64,000 nt of DNA from Octopus vulgaris (taxonomy: Eukaryota), in NCBI GenBank assembly GCA_951406725.2, contig OX597821.1:115072001-115136000 (forward strand), read 5' to 3'. The first letter of the stretch is position 1, and the number at the start of each line of letters is the position of its first letter. The translations under genes were made by a program, and so were the position numbers. Shown piece after piece: positions 48,913 through 61,797 of this stretch. The notes beneath the pieces were generated by a model. It saw nothing but the letters and a program-made list of their open reading frames with translations, did no database searches and had not been told where the DNA came from.

Positions 48913-49707
48913 TTATTATTATTAAGTTTATTGTGAGTTGGTAATGAAAATGTTTAAATTTACTGACCTCCCCCAACCCCATTTTCTCCATTGAGCAAAA
49001 ATAATAATAAAGATAAATCTCGTATTATACACTTTATAAACATGGCAGCAGGACACAATCCGTAGACACCACAGAGTCCAGTTAAATGCAACTCAGGTTT
49101 AATTGGACAGATATTATTATTAAAGACATTCTAACAATGACCATCATGTCTTAATGGGTTTAATTTTTCTACATGATGCAGTATTTCCTTTTTTTCCGAC
49201 ATTTGAGGATAGTTTCAGAGAGATTTGACTGCTATTTCCAGCAGAGTACGTGACCATATAAATGTTCTCTTGTTGCTTTATCTATGTTCTGTGTGTGTGT
49301 GTTTTATGTTGTACTTATTGATTGAGGTTGAACTTCATTGTTTTATCTGCATTGTGCTGTGCTCACATATCTGGGACACTGCAGCTGCTGGACGCATACA
49401 TCATAGACCCTCGTCATCAACACCCCCTCCTCTCCCCAAACCACCTCCATCTTTTAGTACCTATCATCCATGCTGGCATAGGTTGGACGGTTTGACTTGA
49501 CTCTGTGGTGTCTACGGATTGTGTCCTGCTCCCGTGTTTGCTTCAACCCCCCTTCTTAATGCCTGTTTTTCACCATGTCCAGAAAATGCTGTATGAATAA
49601 TTGGCAAAACCCTTCACCCCACAACACGGTACAACTGCTGACTCACACATATCTGCTGATCCCCACTCTTTCTATTTTCTACCCCTACTTCAATGGTTTC
49701 TGCCTAG

Positions 49708-50032
49708 TGGCTGTGTGGTAAGTAGCTTGCTTACCAACCACACGGTTCCAGGTTCAGTCCCACTGCATCACACTTTGGACAAGTGTCTTCTACTATAGCC
49801 TTGGGCCAACCAAAGCCTTGTGAGTGCATTTGGTAGACGGAAACTGAAGGAAGCCTATCGTGTGTGTGTGTGTGTGTGTGTGTATATGTATGTATGTGTA
49901 TGTTTGTCCCCCCAACATTGCTTGACAACCGATGCTGGTGTGCTTACGTCCCTGTCACTTAGTGGTTCAGCAAGAGAGACTGATAGAATAAGTACTAGGC
50001 TTACAAAGAATAATGACTGAAACAAGTAAAAG
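49708..50032 (+). mobile_element. SINE family A
   Basis: Match with an internal deletion in the tail. Confidence 0.8.
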
Positions 50033-51008
50033 AATCTCCCCCCTCCAACCCACTAAACACACCTGTCTTTCTCCTCTCATCACTGGACAGCAAGATACCT
50101 GTGCATATCCTATCATTCTCAACACCTGACATAAACCCCTTTCCCTCTCCTAAATACTCCCCACCCCGCAACCTAGTTGGGGAGGGCTTTTTCCTTATTC
50201 CTTTTCTGCCTTGCAGATTTAATTGGTAACTTTACTAGTGCCACTGTCATGCAAAAAGGCACCCAGGACTCTCTTTAAAGTGGTTGATGTTAGAAAGAGC
50301 ATCTCGCTGGAAGGCACTGTATCCCATCACAAACCATTGCTATGGCCTTCATTTTACTCAATGAATTCCTCTCAAAACTGCAAAATTCTGAAGTTCTCCC
50401 TCTGACTATTTCTTTCCTATGAGCGCCACCTGTCATTCTCCCCTTATGCCCTTAGGAAACTACCTACCTTCTCCTTCTGTCACTTTCATTCTACTTTCTG
50501 TATCTTACGGTCACCTTCTTGTACCATGAGGGTTTGCTCTGGCACCCCATCACTGCTATCTTTATCTTTTCCCAACTGTTTCCGCGCACCCGTATCAAAT
50601 ATTTGGTAATCATGTATCTCTATAGAAAGACACCTGAGTTTGTCCTTCTGTCTTAAATTAACCTCTCAACACCTGACATAAAACCACCCACTTCTCAGAT
50701 ACTCCCCCATTTAGCTGACAGAACTTTTTTCTTTTTCCTTTCCCAGTTCTTTTTCCATCCTGTAAGTTGCTTGGCGACCCTCCCTATAAATGCCAGTGGC
50801 ACAAAAGAGGCACTGAGTACTCTTTGTAAAGCGGTTGGCATTAAGAAGTGTATCTGGCCACAGAAACCATGCCAAAGCAGACATTGGAGCTCAACAGAGC
50901 CCTATGGGTTTTTTGGTTCCTGTCAAACCATCCAACCCAAGCCAGCATTGAAAATGGACACTAAATGGTGGTGATGATGGTGGTGATGACACGCCATCTT
51001 GCAGAAGA

Positions 51009-51193
51009 TTAACCCTTTAGTATTATTCTGCAAAATGATTATTTATTCATGTAGCTTTGAGATTTCTATGATGTGATTGTTTGTTTGAATAAAATTGTAG
51101 AGCAGATGTGAGAGGCCAAATCTGACAAGTTTGAGCATAGAATAGGTAGAATATTTGGGCCTGATATAGCCAGTTTAAATGCTAATGGGTTAA
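51009..51193. mobile_element. piggyBac-type MITE family 2
   Basis: TTAA-CCCTTTAG...CTAATGGG-TTAA; related copy at about 39283-39484. Confidence 0.7.
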
Positions 51194-52027
51194 GCTATAC
51201 ACTTAGCCACATCAACCTCCACATCTCTTGTAGGAGATGGAGACATCAACAATGGTTCTTCCACAGCCTAAAGAAAGAAGAACTTGTATGTCTTTCTTTT
51301 CCTTTGTTTCAACCATTTTTTAAAAAATCACCCAGTCCACACTCTGTAAAGTGGTTGGCATTAGGAACGGCACCCAACTGTAGAAACCATGCCAAAGCAG
51401 ACAATTGGAGCCTGGTGCAGCTCTCCAGCCTTGCCAGCTCCTGTCAAACTGTCCAACTCATGCCAGCATGGAAAAACAGACATTAAATGAGGATGATGAT
51501 GGTTTTCTTAGATTTCCCCTCTGCAAAATAATTGCTCGATATTTGACTGACATCTTCTTAGTCTTGTCTTTATGTTGCTGTAAAGAAGATGCTGTTGAAA
51601 GTCAAAAGTTTAGCCATTGTGATGTGACTGAACGATGAGAATAAAAATAGATCTCTCTTCTCTCTGTTCATTGATGAAGTCATATTGGCTTCTCGTTGAC
51701 TTCATCCCACTTTTACTTTGATTATCTTAGCAATTTATAATTATTGTTCTCAACGATACACATATTTGTCTGTTTATTGATCTTTTTCCCAGAAATGGAT
51801 GAAATGCATTATTTTCAAGAGATAATACAGTTTGCTTTTTAATCTCAATAAAGTAATAGCTCCTACCTACCTACACACACACACACACACACACATGATA
51901 CAGATATATTTACTTAATCATGAAAGTGTGTGTCTGTGTGTGTGTGTGTGTGTGTGTGTCTATAGTCTCTAAAGTATGGCCGTACATCTTGTTATCTCTG
52001 CCACCTTACACATCTCTCTACATATAA

Positions 52028-52080
<53 letters not shown>

Positions 52081-52984
52081 CTGTACACAGATTTATGTTG
52101 ATTTCACAGACAGAATATTTGACCAACATAATAATAATAAAGCCACAGCATCTCTTGATAATACTCTTCCTTTCACAGTTCTCTGTCGCTCTACAACTCT
52201 CTCTCTCTCTCTCGCTCTCTCTCTCTCCATCTCTCTCTTTCTCTCTCTAACTGCATAGGGTGGTGGGTATGTATGTGCATGGGGACAAGGTGTATTTATG
52301 TATATTAAACATGGACAACAATATGTGTGTGAGTATGTGTACTTCATCACCACCATCATCATCATTATCATTTAATGCCCATGTTGCATGATGGCATGGT
52401 TTAGACAGTTTGACAGGCTCTAATGGGCCCAAGGCCTGCATTGTGCCCCAGCGTCTACTTTGCCACAGGTTCTATGGCTGGAGGCCCTTCCTAACCCCAG
52501 TCACATTACAGAGTGTCCTGGGTGCTTTTAATGTGGCCCCAGCATTTGTTAGGTTGCCATGCAGTTTGCAAGACTAAGAATCCCTAGAGGCGGAGCTTTA
52601 TGCCAGGAAATGAAAGGGACGTAAACACACCAACATCGGTTGTCAACCGATGATGGCACACACACACACACACACACACACAAAACGGACTTCTTCCAGT
52701 TTCTACCTGCCAAATCCACTCTCAAGGCTTTGGTTGGCCTAAGGCTACAGAAGAAGATACTTGCCCAAAGTGCCATGCAGTGGGAATGAACCCGGAACCA
52801 TGTGGTTGGGAAGCAAGCTTCTTGCCACACCTGCACCTGTGTGTGGGTGTGTGTATAATCATCATCAACATTTAATATCTGTTTTCCATGCTGGCATGGG
52901 TCGGACAGTTTGACAGAAGGACAGCACTAAGCTCTGCTGTCAGTTTTGGCATAGTTTCTACAGCTGGATGCCCTTCCTAATGCT

Positions 52985-53250
52985 TGGGAAGTGAGAAAGT
53001 CTTTTATGTTTCGAGCCTAAGCTCTTCAACAGAAATTTCTTGCTGTAGACAGTGTATGTGTGTGTATGGTTACAATTTACAAAAAACAAAACAAAAGACG
53101 AAGACAGGTGTGTAAACAACAAACAGATGTATTAGTTTAACGCTTGGGTAGTGAGAAAGCCTTTTATGTTTCGAGCGTAAGCTCTTCAACAGAAAGGAAC
53201 GCAGAAATAAGCAGAGAGCAAAAATAAAAAAAGGTTTAGTGGATAGAAGA
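52985..53250 (-). mobile_element. Family H PLE-like element, partial tandem with two variant hammerhead folds
   Basis: Folds at 53001-53035 and 53161-53196, 160 bp apart: (C)TTT-CTGTTGA-A-GAGC-ttas-GCTC-GAAA-CA-TA-AAAG. Confidence 0.6.
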
Positions 53251-53615
53251 CCCAAAAGGCAGATAAGGCTATGTAAATGTTATGGAAGGATCACTGTTAG
53301 ACTCCCAGTATGAGTGAGGAGTCTAATCCAGGTCGTTTTTTTATACTACAAGATCCCTTTGAATGAACAGCACATGGAATTAATATCTGCACGCTATCCA
53401 TTAATATAAAATATAAACTTCTATCAGAATTTACATACCACGGACAAGAAGCCTCTCTACCCATTCCTTGGATAATGGAACAGCAGCTTTAACATCCAAC
53501 ATATATCTTTATTTTTATTCTTATATTAACCTTTATACTTCCTATATCTCACCCTTTCCAAAATAACTTCTTATATTAACTTTTGCTATTTCCTTCTATT
53601 TAACTCTCACATATC

Positions 53616-53663
53616 GTCTCTGATGATGGGATTTCTTTTATATCCCTGAAACAGCTGTAAGAC
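53616..53663 (+). ncRNA. Type I hammerhead ribozyme
   Basis: GTCT-CTGATGA-TGGGATttcttttatATCCCT-GAAA-CAGCTG-TA^-AGAC; palindromic ACAGCTGT, GUA site after 53659. Confidence 0.8.
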
Positions 53664-55506
53664 TATCCTTCTCTTTATAAAATGTCCTAGAAAGTTCACA
53701 CTGCCTTGGCTTTGTTGTTAGATTTTATTTAACACACACAAACACACACTGCACTTCTTGCAGTCTTTGACTACCAAATCCAGCCTTGGGCTATATTAGA
53801 AAGCCTCCAAGGTGTGTGGCACCATAGGATTGAACCAGAGATGTTATGGTTTGAGAATCAAATTTTTTAACCCCACAGACACTTAGCAAGACAAGTCAAG
53901 TTTTGAAGCTAGAAATGAGGTCCAACACAAATTCGCATCGAGACTTTATGATACTTTACCATCAAAGTTGAGTCACAGAATCAATAAGGATTATTAGTCT
54001 TATACCGATATGGTTCCTCTGTTGATAATATAGAACCATCAGCCTTTGAAATAAATTGAATTTCGACGAAAATCTAGGAATTAGTGGTTTGGGATAATTT
54101 CGAAGTTAATCTTTTGATGCATAAAGATTGATTGTATGTTCCTTGTTAGAACTGAAGTCTTAATGGTTGGAGGCTGACATTTCTATATTCAATAACATTG
54201 TATTGGCAGTTCAGGATTTCATGATTTGTAATCTTAAATATTGATTAGTGTTGTTGTTGTTGTTGTTAAGATATGTGATGGTGTTCTTTGCAGTTCTGAA
54301 TTCTTGTTTGCTTGTCATAGATAATTCTTCTGAATAATGAAATGCAGTTACAATGTAACTAGTAAATCATCAGCAGCAGCAGCAAAAAATTGCTATGTGT
54401 GTGTGTGCATGATGATGATGATGAGAGAGGCTGAGTATTTTGTTAAGTTTAAAGTTCCACGTAGATTATCTGCATCCAGTATGGATTGTTTAGCATTGAC
54501 TTTACATGTATTACTTGTTATGATATACAGAGCAAATGTAGGAGGAATTATGATAAACACAAGCTTATATCATTTGTCCCTACACACGTTTCGCCATTGT
54601 GGTTGTTTGAAACTCTGCATTGGCTGTTTCAAGTGCTATTAAATGTTTAGTTACAACAGATGATCAGGGAAGACTTTATTGCATGATGTTACAGGGATCT
54701 AATGACTATATATACATACTTATTTCTTTATTGCCCACAGGGAGCTAAACATAGAAGGGACAATCAAGGATAGACAAAGGGATTAAGTTGTTACATCAAC
54801 CCCAGTGTGTAACTGGTACTTATTTAATCGACTTCAAAAGGATGAAAGGCAAAGTCGACCTTGGTGGAATTTGAACTCAGAACGTAACGTTTCTGCCAGC
54901 TCACCACCTTGACTATATATACATATTGCTGGCTCCACATAAATGCTGGTGCCACATAAAAAGCACCTGGTACATTCTGTGAAGTGGTTGGGAAGGGCAT
55001 CAAGCTGCAGAAACCTTGTCACAACAGATAATTGGAGCTTGGTGCAACTCTCTGGCTTGCCAGCTCCTGTTAAACCATCCAACCCATGTCAGCATGGGAA
55101 ATACAGATTTCAAATGATGATGATGGCATGTGTGTATGTGTGTATGTGTGTATGTGTGTGCGTGTGTGTGTGTGTGCACGTATATATAATCAGCCTGGGT
55201 GCCCTGTCTGTGTTCAGGAGTCGATGTGCCAAGATATTTTAGTTCCCTCTGTTCAGAACTGCATATAGGCAGGCTCTTGTTTTCCAGAGGGCACTTTGCT
55301 CCTTTCCCTTCCATGCTCCCTGTTAGGATTGTTTAGGACAATGATTACTGCCACAGTATATGTCCAAAATAGGATAAGCTTTGTGGACTTGATACCCTGC
55401 AATGGGTGTCTTTCTACTTTCAGCTTTTCTAGAACTGTAGCATTTTTTTAATATCTGTCATGTACAGGACTTATAAAGACTTAGGAAAGTAATGACACAG
55501 GGAAGA

Positions 55507-56052
55507 GCTGGATGGATACATAGATAGATAGAGAGTGAGGGAGGGAGGGAGATAGATGGATAGATAGATAGATAGATAGGGAGATAGATAGAGAGTGAGG
55601 GAGGTAGATAGAGAGAAAGATAGATAGAAAGAGGGATAAATAGTGAGATAAATAGACAAAGAGAAAAATAGATAGAGAGATAGATAGATTGATAGAGGGA
55701 TATATAGAGAGAGATAAAGAGATAGATAGATAGACAGAGAGACAGATAGACAGAAAGATAGATAGATGGATAGATAGATAGATAGATAGATAGATGGAGA
55801 TAGATAGATGGATAGATAGATAGGGAGATAGAGAGTTAGGGAGGTAGATAGAGAGAAAGATAGATAGACAGAGGGATAAATAGTGAGATAAATAGACAAA
55901 AATAAATAAATAGACAGAGAGAAAAATAGATAGAGAGATAGATAGATTGATAGAGGGATATATAGACAGAGATAAAGAGATAGATAGATAGACAGAGAGA
56001 CAGATAGACAGAAAGATAGATAGATGGACAGATAGATAGATAGATAGATAGT
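55507..56052. repeat. Purine-rich (GATA)/(GA) array with a ~240-bp higher-order duplication
   Basis: 55592-55770 is repeated at about 55832-56030. Confidence 0.85.
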
Positions 56053-56295
56053 GATTTCTCTTACATTCCAAGATGCTTTCCACTCTGTGGAGGGTGTTTT
56101 GTGATTTACTTGCTGATTTCATGATTGCCAGTGCTACAAATCCACTCACAAGGCTTTGGTTGGCCTAAGGCTATAGTAGAAGACACTCGCCCAAGGTGTC
56201 ACACTGTGGGACAGAACCCATGACCATGTGGTTGGTAAGCAAGCTACTTACCACACAGCCATGCTTGCTCCTATATATATATTTATATATATATA

Positions 56296-56679
56296 CTAGC
56301 AGTATCGCCCGGCGTTGCTCAGGCTTGTAAGGGAAATAACTATATAAGCATTTTTAGAGAGTTATAGCAAAAAAATGCATTAAAAATGGAAAAAAATGAT
56401 GGTAAATTTTTTTTTAAATCGTTGACTCATTGTAGACATTTTTAGAGAGTTACTTCCCTTATATAATAGCGAAAAAAATGCATTAAAATGGAAAAAAGTG
56501 ATGGTAAATTTTTTTTTAAATCATAGACTCATCGTAGACGCGCGCTAATACCCAGAAGGGCTCGATATGAATCACGGCGATAAGATACCCGGTTTTGGTT
56601 AAACTGCACCACAAAACGTGGGAGTAGTTAGGAATCTAAATCGTAGGAGACAGACACACAACCTCTCTTTTATATATAA

Positions 56680-56682
<3 letters not shown>
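56296..56682 (-). mobile_element. Non-autonomous Helitron
   Basis: Minus strand starts TC(tttatatataaaa) and ends cctgagcaacgccgggcgatactgCTAG, inserted at an A^T site in (TA)n. Confidence 0.85.
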
Positions 56683-56716
<34 letters not shown>

Positions 56717-56717
<1 letters not shown>

Positions 56718-57244
56718 TAGCAGTATCGCCCGGCGTTGCTCGGGTTTGTAAGGGAAATAACTATATAAGCATTTTTAGAGAGTTATAGCAAAAAAATGCA
56801 TTAAAAATGGAATAAAAAATGATGATAATTTTTTTTTTAAATCGTTGACTCAGTGTCTTCAAGCCATGAAGTCGTTCTAAAAGAACGCTGGTCTCCTTGA
56901 CAACGCTTTACGACGTTGATTTCCTTACACTCCCTTCCCCACAGCTTCACGAGGGAGGGAAGAAGGGGGAGAAGCAAACAGGTGCAGGTGTGAGCGTGGA
57001 CGCCAACTCCGCCGCCATCGACACACGAAAAATTATGCATTAAAATGGAATAAAAAATGATGTTAAATTATTTTTTAAATCGTAGACTCATCGTAGACGC
57101 GCGCTAATAGCCAGACGGGCTCGATATGAATTACGACTATAAGATACCCGAAATTGGTTAAACTGCACCGCAAAATGTGGGAGTAGTTAGGAATCTAAAT
57201 CGAAGGGGACAGACACTCACACAACTACAGTTTTATATATATAG
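56717..57244 (-). mobile_element. Non-autonomous Helitron, second tandem copy with an extra internal segment
   Basis: Same termini (cccgagcaacgccggg hairpin plus CTAG); extra GC-rich segment at about 56851-57030. Confidence 0.8.
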
Positions 57245-57669
57245 GTTAGGAAGGGCATCCAGCTGTAGAAACACTGCCAGATCTGACTGGCCTGGTGCAG
57301 CCTTCGGGCTCCCCAGACCCCAGTTGAACCGTCCAACCCATGCTAGCATGGAAAACGGACGCTAAATGATGATGATGATGATGATGATGATATCATATGT
57401 GATGCACAGGTCACTTGACTGATAATTTCAGGTCTCTAGATAATATATTATTCATCATCTAAGATTTTTTGCAAACCACTTGCAGATGCAAGTGCTACCA
57501 GTTGAAAGCACTGCATACTGGATGCTAGCAAGTTTATGGGGGTCATCAGGAGACAATGCGCATCAAGGGCCTTCCTCTTGAAGGGCAAATTGTACACTGC
57601 CCCCCCCCCCCAATGTTGCTAATTCAACTGGTTACTAAGTTTCACTCAATATTCTTCTAGCTTTCTTTG

Positions 57670-57875
57670 GAGGCGGTGAGCTGGCAGAAATGTTAGCACG
57701 CCGAGCGAAATGCTTGGTGGTATTTCGTCTGTCTTTACATTCTGAGTTCAAATTCCGCCGAGGTTGACTTGCCTTTCATCCTTTTGGAGTTGATAAATTA
57801 AGTACCAGTTGCATACTGGGGTCGATCTAATCATGTGGTCCTTCCCCCAAAAATTTCTGGCCTTGTGCCTAGAGT
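57670..57875 (+). mobile_element. SINE family B
   Basis: ggcggtgagctggcagaaatgttagc... full copy. Confidence 0.85.
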
Positions 57876-59077
57876 ACCAACACTACTACCCACCAACAAA
57901 ACCAAATTAAGCTCCTAAGGCCAAAAGTCTGTGAACAAGCAATGGATGTTTAGGACAAACTATTAGGACAAAAATTCTTTGGACAAGCAAACAGTCAAAT
58001 GATGATGATGATGATGGTGATGACTTTTCGCTGTTCTTGACCACATTTTCTCCATTTTAAACAACTGAACATTCTATAAATGTTTATCATTCATTTGTTT
58101 ATTTATTGACTTTATTATTTTTATCGATGTATTTGCTAAAAATGACTTGCAAAGCAATATGAAAATGGGAGTTAGTTAATGTGAGTTGGTTGTGGTTACA
58201 GAAGACCATTTAGAACCATTTCACTGGAATTTACTTGTTTATCGAAGTCTTTGGAATGGTTTGAAAATGTGTTTTTTATTGACTATTTTAAAAAATATTT
58301 TTAATTAAAAACAAAAACTGTTTTCCAGTTTTTATATATGAAATATTCAATATTTTCTGAAAATGGTAAATATAGAATGTATTTTTTTGCTTTCTGAATC
58401 AACTATAAAAAAAAATTATATATTGTGTTATTTTTCTGTTTAAAAATGTACTTAGTAACATAGAATCGAACATTGCAAATGAATATTTGCATCCAATAAC
58501 GAAATGCAATTAAACGTTAGTTTAAACATTCTCTTGGAGAAGAGGTAAACTTCAAAGGGAACTTCCATATATAAAACCAGATGTGTGTGTGTGTGTATCT
58601 ATGTATATGTGTGTATCTGTGTGTGTGCTTCTATGTGTGTATATGAGTGTATGCACCTATATATGTGTGGAGGTGTGTGTTTGGTATTGATTGTAAAATT
58701 TAAATTTTAAATTCTGCTGATAGTTCCACCAATAAACGTCAGTGAAGTATTTCAAACTGACCAGACTGCACCACATCAGCAGAGGGTGTTGTGCATTGCA
58801 GACAAGAAGGTATTCAGTCCTTGTTTCCTAACATTATGAACCTGCTTCTGATTTTAATGGCCTTTAGTTGTTTCACTTCATTTATCTTAATATTGGCTTT
58901 GGAAATGCAGCCTAATACTTCCCCGTGGCCAGACATGTTGTTGGAGAAGATTGGAAATGAATTATACTGCTCGTATGACAGTGACACACCTAGCTATTCA
59001 TAAGGAGATCGTTTCACTTGTTTCAGTCATTAGACTGTGGCCATGCTGGGGCACTATCATGAAGAGTTTTTTAGTTC

Positions 59078-60400
59078 ATCATTATTGTTTAATGTCCATT
59101 TCTCATGTTGGCATGGGTTGGATGGTTTGATATCTAGGTGGCTAGCAGGGAGCTGTCTATACTCCAATTGTCTGTTGTGGCATGGTTTCTATGGCTGGAT
59201 GCCCTTCCTAATGCCAACCACTTAGCAGGGTGTGCTGGGTGCCTTTTACGTGCCACCAGCATGGGTGTATCCCTGCAGCACCAGCGTGTGTGCTTGGGAC
59301 AGGTGCATTTTATGTGGCACCAGCACATGTGAAGGACAAGCCTGTATGTGTGGAAAACACCAATTTTACTTAGCTTGACATGCCTTCACAGCAACTCACC
59401 ACAACTCCTGGTCCCTTATCATTTCCTCAGTGAGGCCCAGTGTCCAAAGATCCTTTTGCACCACTTCATCCCTTGTCTTCCTGGGTCTATCCCTTCCACA
59501 GGAGCCCTCTACTGTCAGAGTTGTGGAGGCGCAATGGCCCAGTGGTTAGGGCAGCGGACTCGCGTTCGGAGGATCGTGTTTTCGATTCCCAGATCGGGCG
59601 CTGTGTGTGTTTATTGAGTGAAAACACCTAAAGCTCCATGAGGCTCTGGCAGGGGATGGTGGCGACTCCTGTTGTACCCTTCCACTTCAACTTTCTCTCA
59701 CTCTTACTTCCTGTTTCTTGTCCCCGACTTCCTACGCAACTACTGAGCCTGGATGCGCATTCATCCATCCGTCAATGCTCTCGGTATCAGAGGTTGACCT
59801 GCTTTCTCTTCTCTAGGTCTTACAAATAGCAAAGGACCACGTTTCAGACTTCTCCCACTACAGACCGCGATCTTGCTCTGGGACAAAGACCATTTCGCTC
59901 AACAAACAAACTGTCAGAGTTCAGCACTTCTTTACACAGCTGTCCTCATCCATATGCATCATCACATGACCAAACCAGCAGTCTTCTCTCTTGCCCACAA
60001 CATCTGATGCCTCTCATACCCAGTTTTCCTCAAATCATTTACACTCTGTTGAGCATGCACACTGGCATTACCATTCAGCAGAGTATGCTAGCTTCATTTC
60101 TTTCAAGCCTTCACAAGTCCTCTGCAGTCGAAGCCCACGTTTCACTGCCATGTAGCATAGCTGTATATACACGGCCATCATACAATCTGCCTTCCTCTCT
60201 GAGGGAGAGGCCCTTAGTTACCAACAAAGGTACAAACTCTCTGAACTTTGCCTGGTCCGTTCTTATTCTAGCAACTACGCTTTCAGAACTTACTCCCCCA
60301 CTGCTAAACTAGTCTCCCAGGTATCAGAAGCTATCTACTGCTTCTCTTGACCCCCTCCCCCAGCATTTGAGGGAACCCCTTGTCTGCACATTTACTGCAT
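59078..60400 (-). mobile_element. Old RTE LINE 3' fragment with nested SINE D
   Basis: Reverse complement is homologous to 25600-26650 (e.g. tggtcatgtgatg..catatggatgaggacag, gcatggcagtgaaacgtgg). Confidence 0.8.
59523..59909 (+). mobile_element. SINE family D with 12-bp TSD
   Basis: actgtcagagtt at 59511-59522 and 59910-59921. Confidence 0.9.
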
Positions 60401-60761
60401 GCAAAGACTGACCCCAGTACTTCTCTTTTAAGCCTGCTACATATTCTACAGGTCACTTTGGTGACCCACTAAGTTACAGGGACATAAATAAACCAGCATT
60501 GATTGTCAAATGGTGGTGGGGACAAACACAAAGACACACACACACACACACATAAATGCAATGGGCTTCTTTCAGTTTCCGTCTGCTAAATCTGGTCACA
60601 AGGTTCTGGTTGGTCTGAGGCTATTGTGGAAGACACTTGCCCAAGGTACCACACTGTTGGACTGAACCAAGAACCATGTGGTTGGGAAGCAAACTTCTTA
60701 CCACACAGCCACAGCTATGCCTATGTGAGATGTGTATCCACACACCTATACATATATATAT

Positions 60762-60992
60762 ATTTCTTTACTACCCACAAGGGGCTAAACATAGAGAGGA
60801 CAAACAAGGACAAACAAACGGATTAAGTCGATTACATCAACCCCAGTGCGAAACTGGTACTTTTATTTATCGACCCCGAAAGGATGAAAGGCAAAGTCGA
60901 CCTCGGCGGAATTTGAACTCAGAACGTAACGACAGACGAAATACCGCTAAGCATTCCGCCCGGTGCGCTAACGTGTCTGCCAGCTCGCCGCC
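60762..60992 (-). mobile_element. SINE family B, young copy
   Basis: CpG-rich full copy inside a (TA) tract. Confidence 0.9.
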
Positions 60993-61324
60993 CTATACAT
61001 ATATATATAGCTTGGCTTTTCTTCATGAATGAAGCTTTGCAAATTGATTTAGTAAAGGGAAACTGAAAGAAGCCTCCTGTGTATACACGCATGTCTGTGT
61101 GTGTGTATAAATATTTGTCTCAAGAATTTCTAATAGATGATATCTTACATGTTTGTCCTACATGTACAATTTTGTAGCTCCTATTATCAAATGAAACACC
61201 TGTAATGGTTAATAAATGCTTTGGTATGCAATTACTCTGCAATAAATTGTTTCCCACTATTTTTCAGCTCTTAGGCATGTCTCACACAATAATAATATCT
61301 ACGCATCATCATCATCATATATAT

Positions 61325-61758
61325 ATTCTTTTAGTCATTTGACTGTGCCCATGCTGGAGCACCACCTTTAGCCAAACAAATCGCCCCCAGGACTTATTCT
61401 TTATAAGCCTAGTATATATATATATATATATATATATATCATTGTTGTTTAACGTCTGCTTTCCATGCTGACATGGGTTGGATTGTTAGACTGAGGCCTG
61501 GCAAGCCAGAAGGCTGCACCAGACTCCAATTTGATCTGGCAAAGTTTCTACAGCTGGATGTCCTTCCTAACGCCAACCACTCCAAAAGTGTGTGTGTGTG
61601 TGTGTATATGTATATATGCACAACAGGCTTCTTTCAGTTTCCATCTATCAAATCCACTCACAAGGTAGAAGACACTTGCCCAAGGTGCCATGCAGTGGGA
61701 CTGAACCTGGAACCATGTGGTTGGGAAGCAAGCTTCTTACCACACAGCCACTCTTGCA

Positions 61759-61761
<3 letters not shown>
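61325..61761 (-). mobile_element. SINE family A with nested RTE tail (61440-61588)
   Basis: Family A tail and head flank a family C segment. Confidence 0.75.

Positions 61762-61797
<36 letters not shown>

Noticed and set aside
54581-54635. Minus-strand TTGAAAC-A-GCCA...TGGC-GAAA-CGTG fold
   Set aside because: Could be a decayed hammerhead, but the core and stem I are too degenerate to support.
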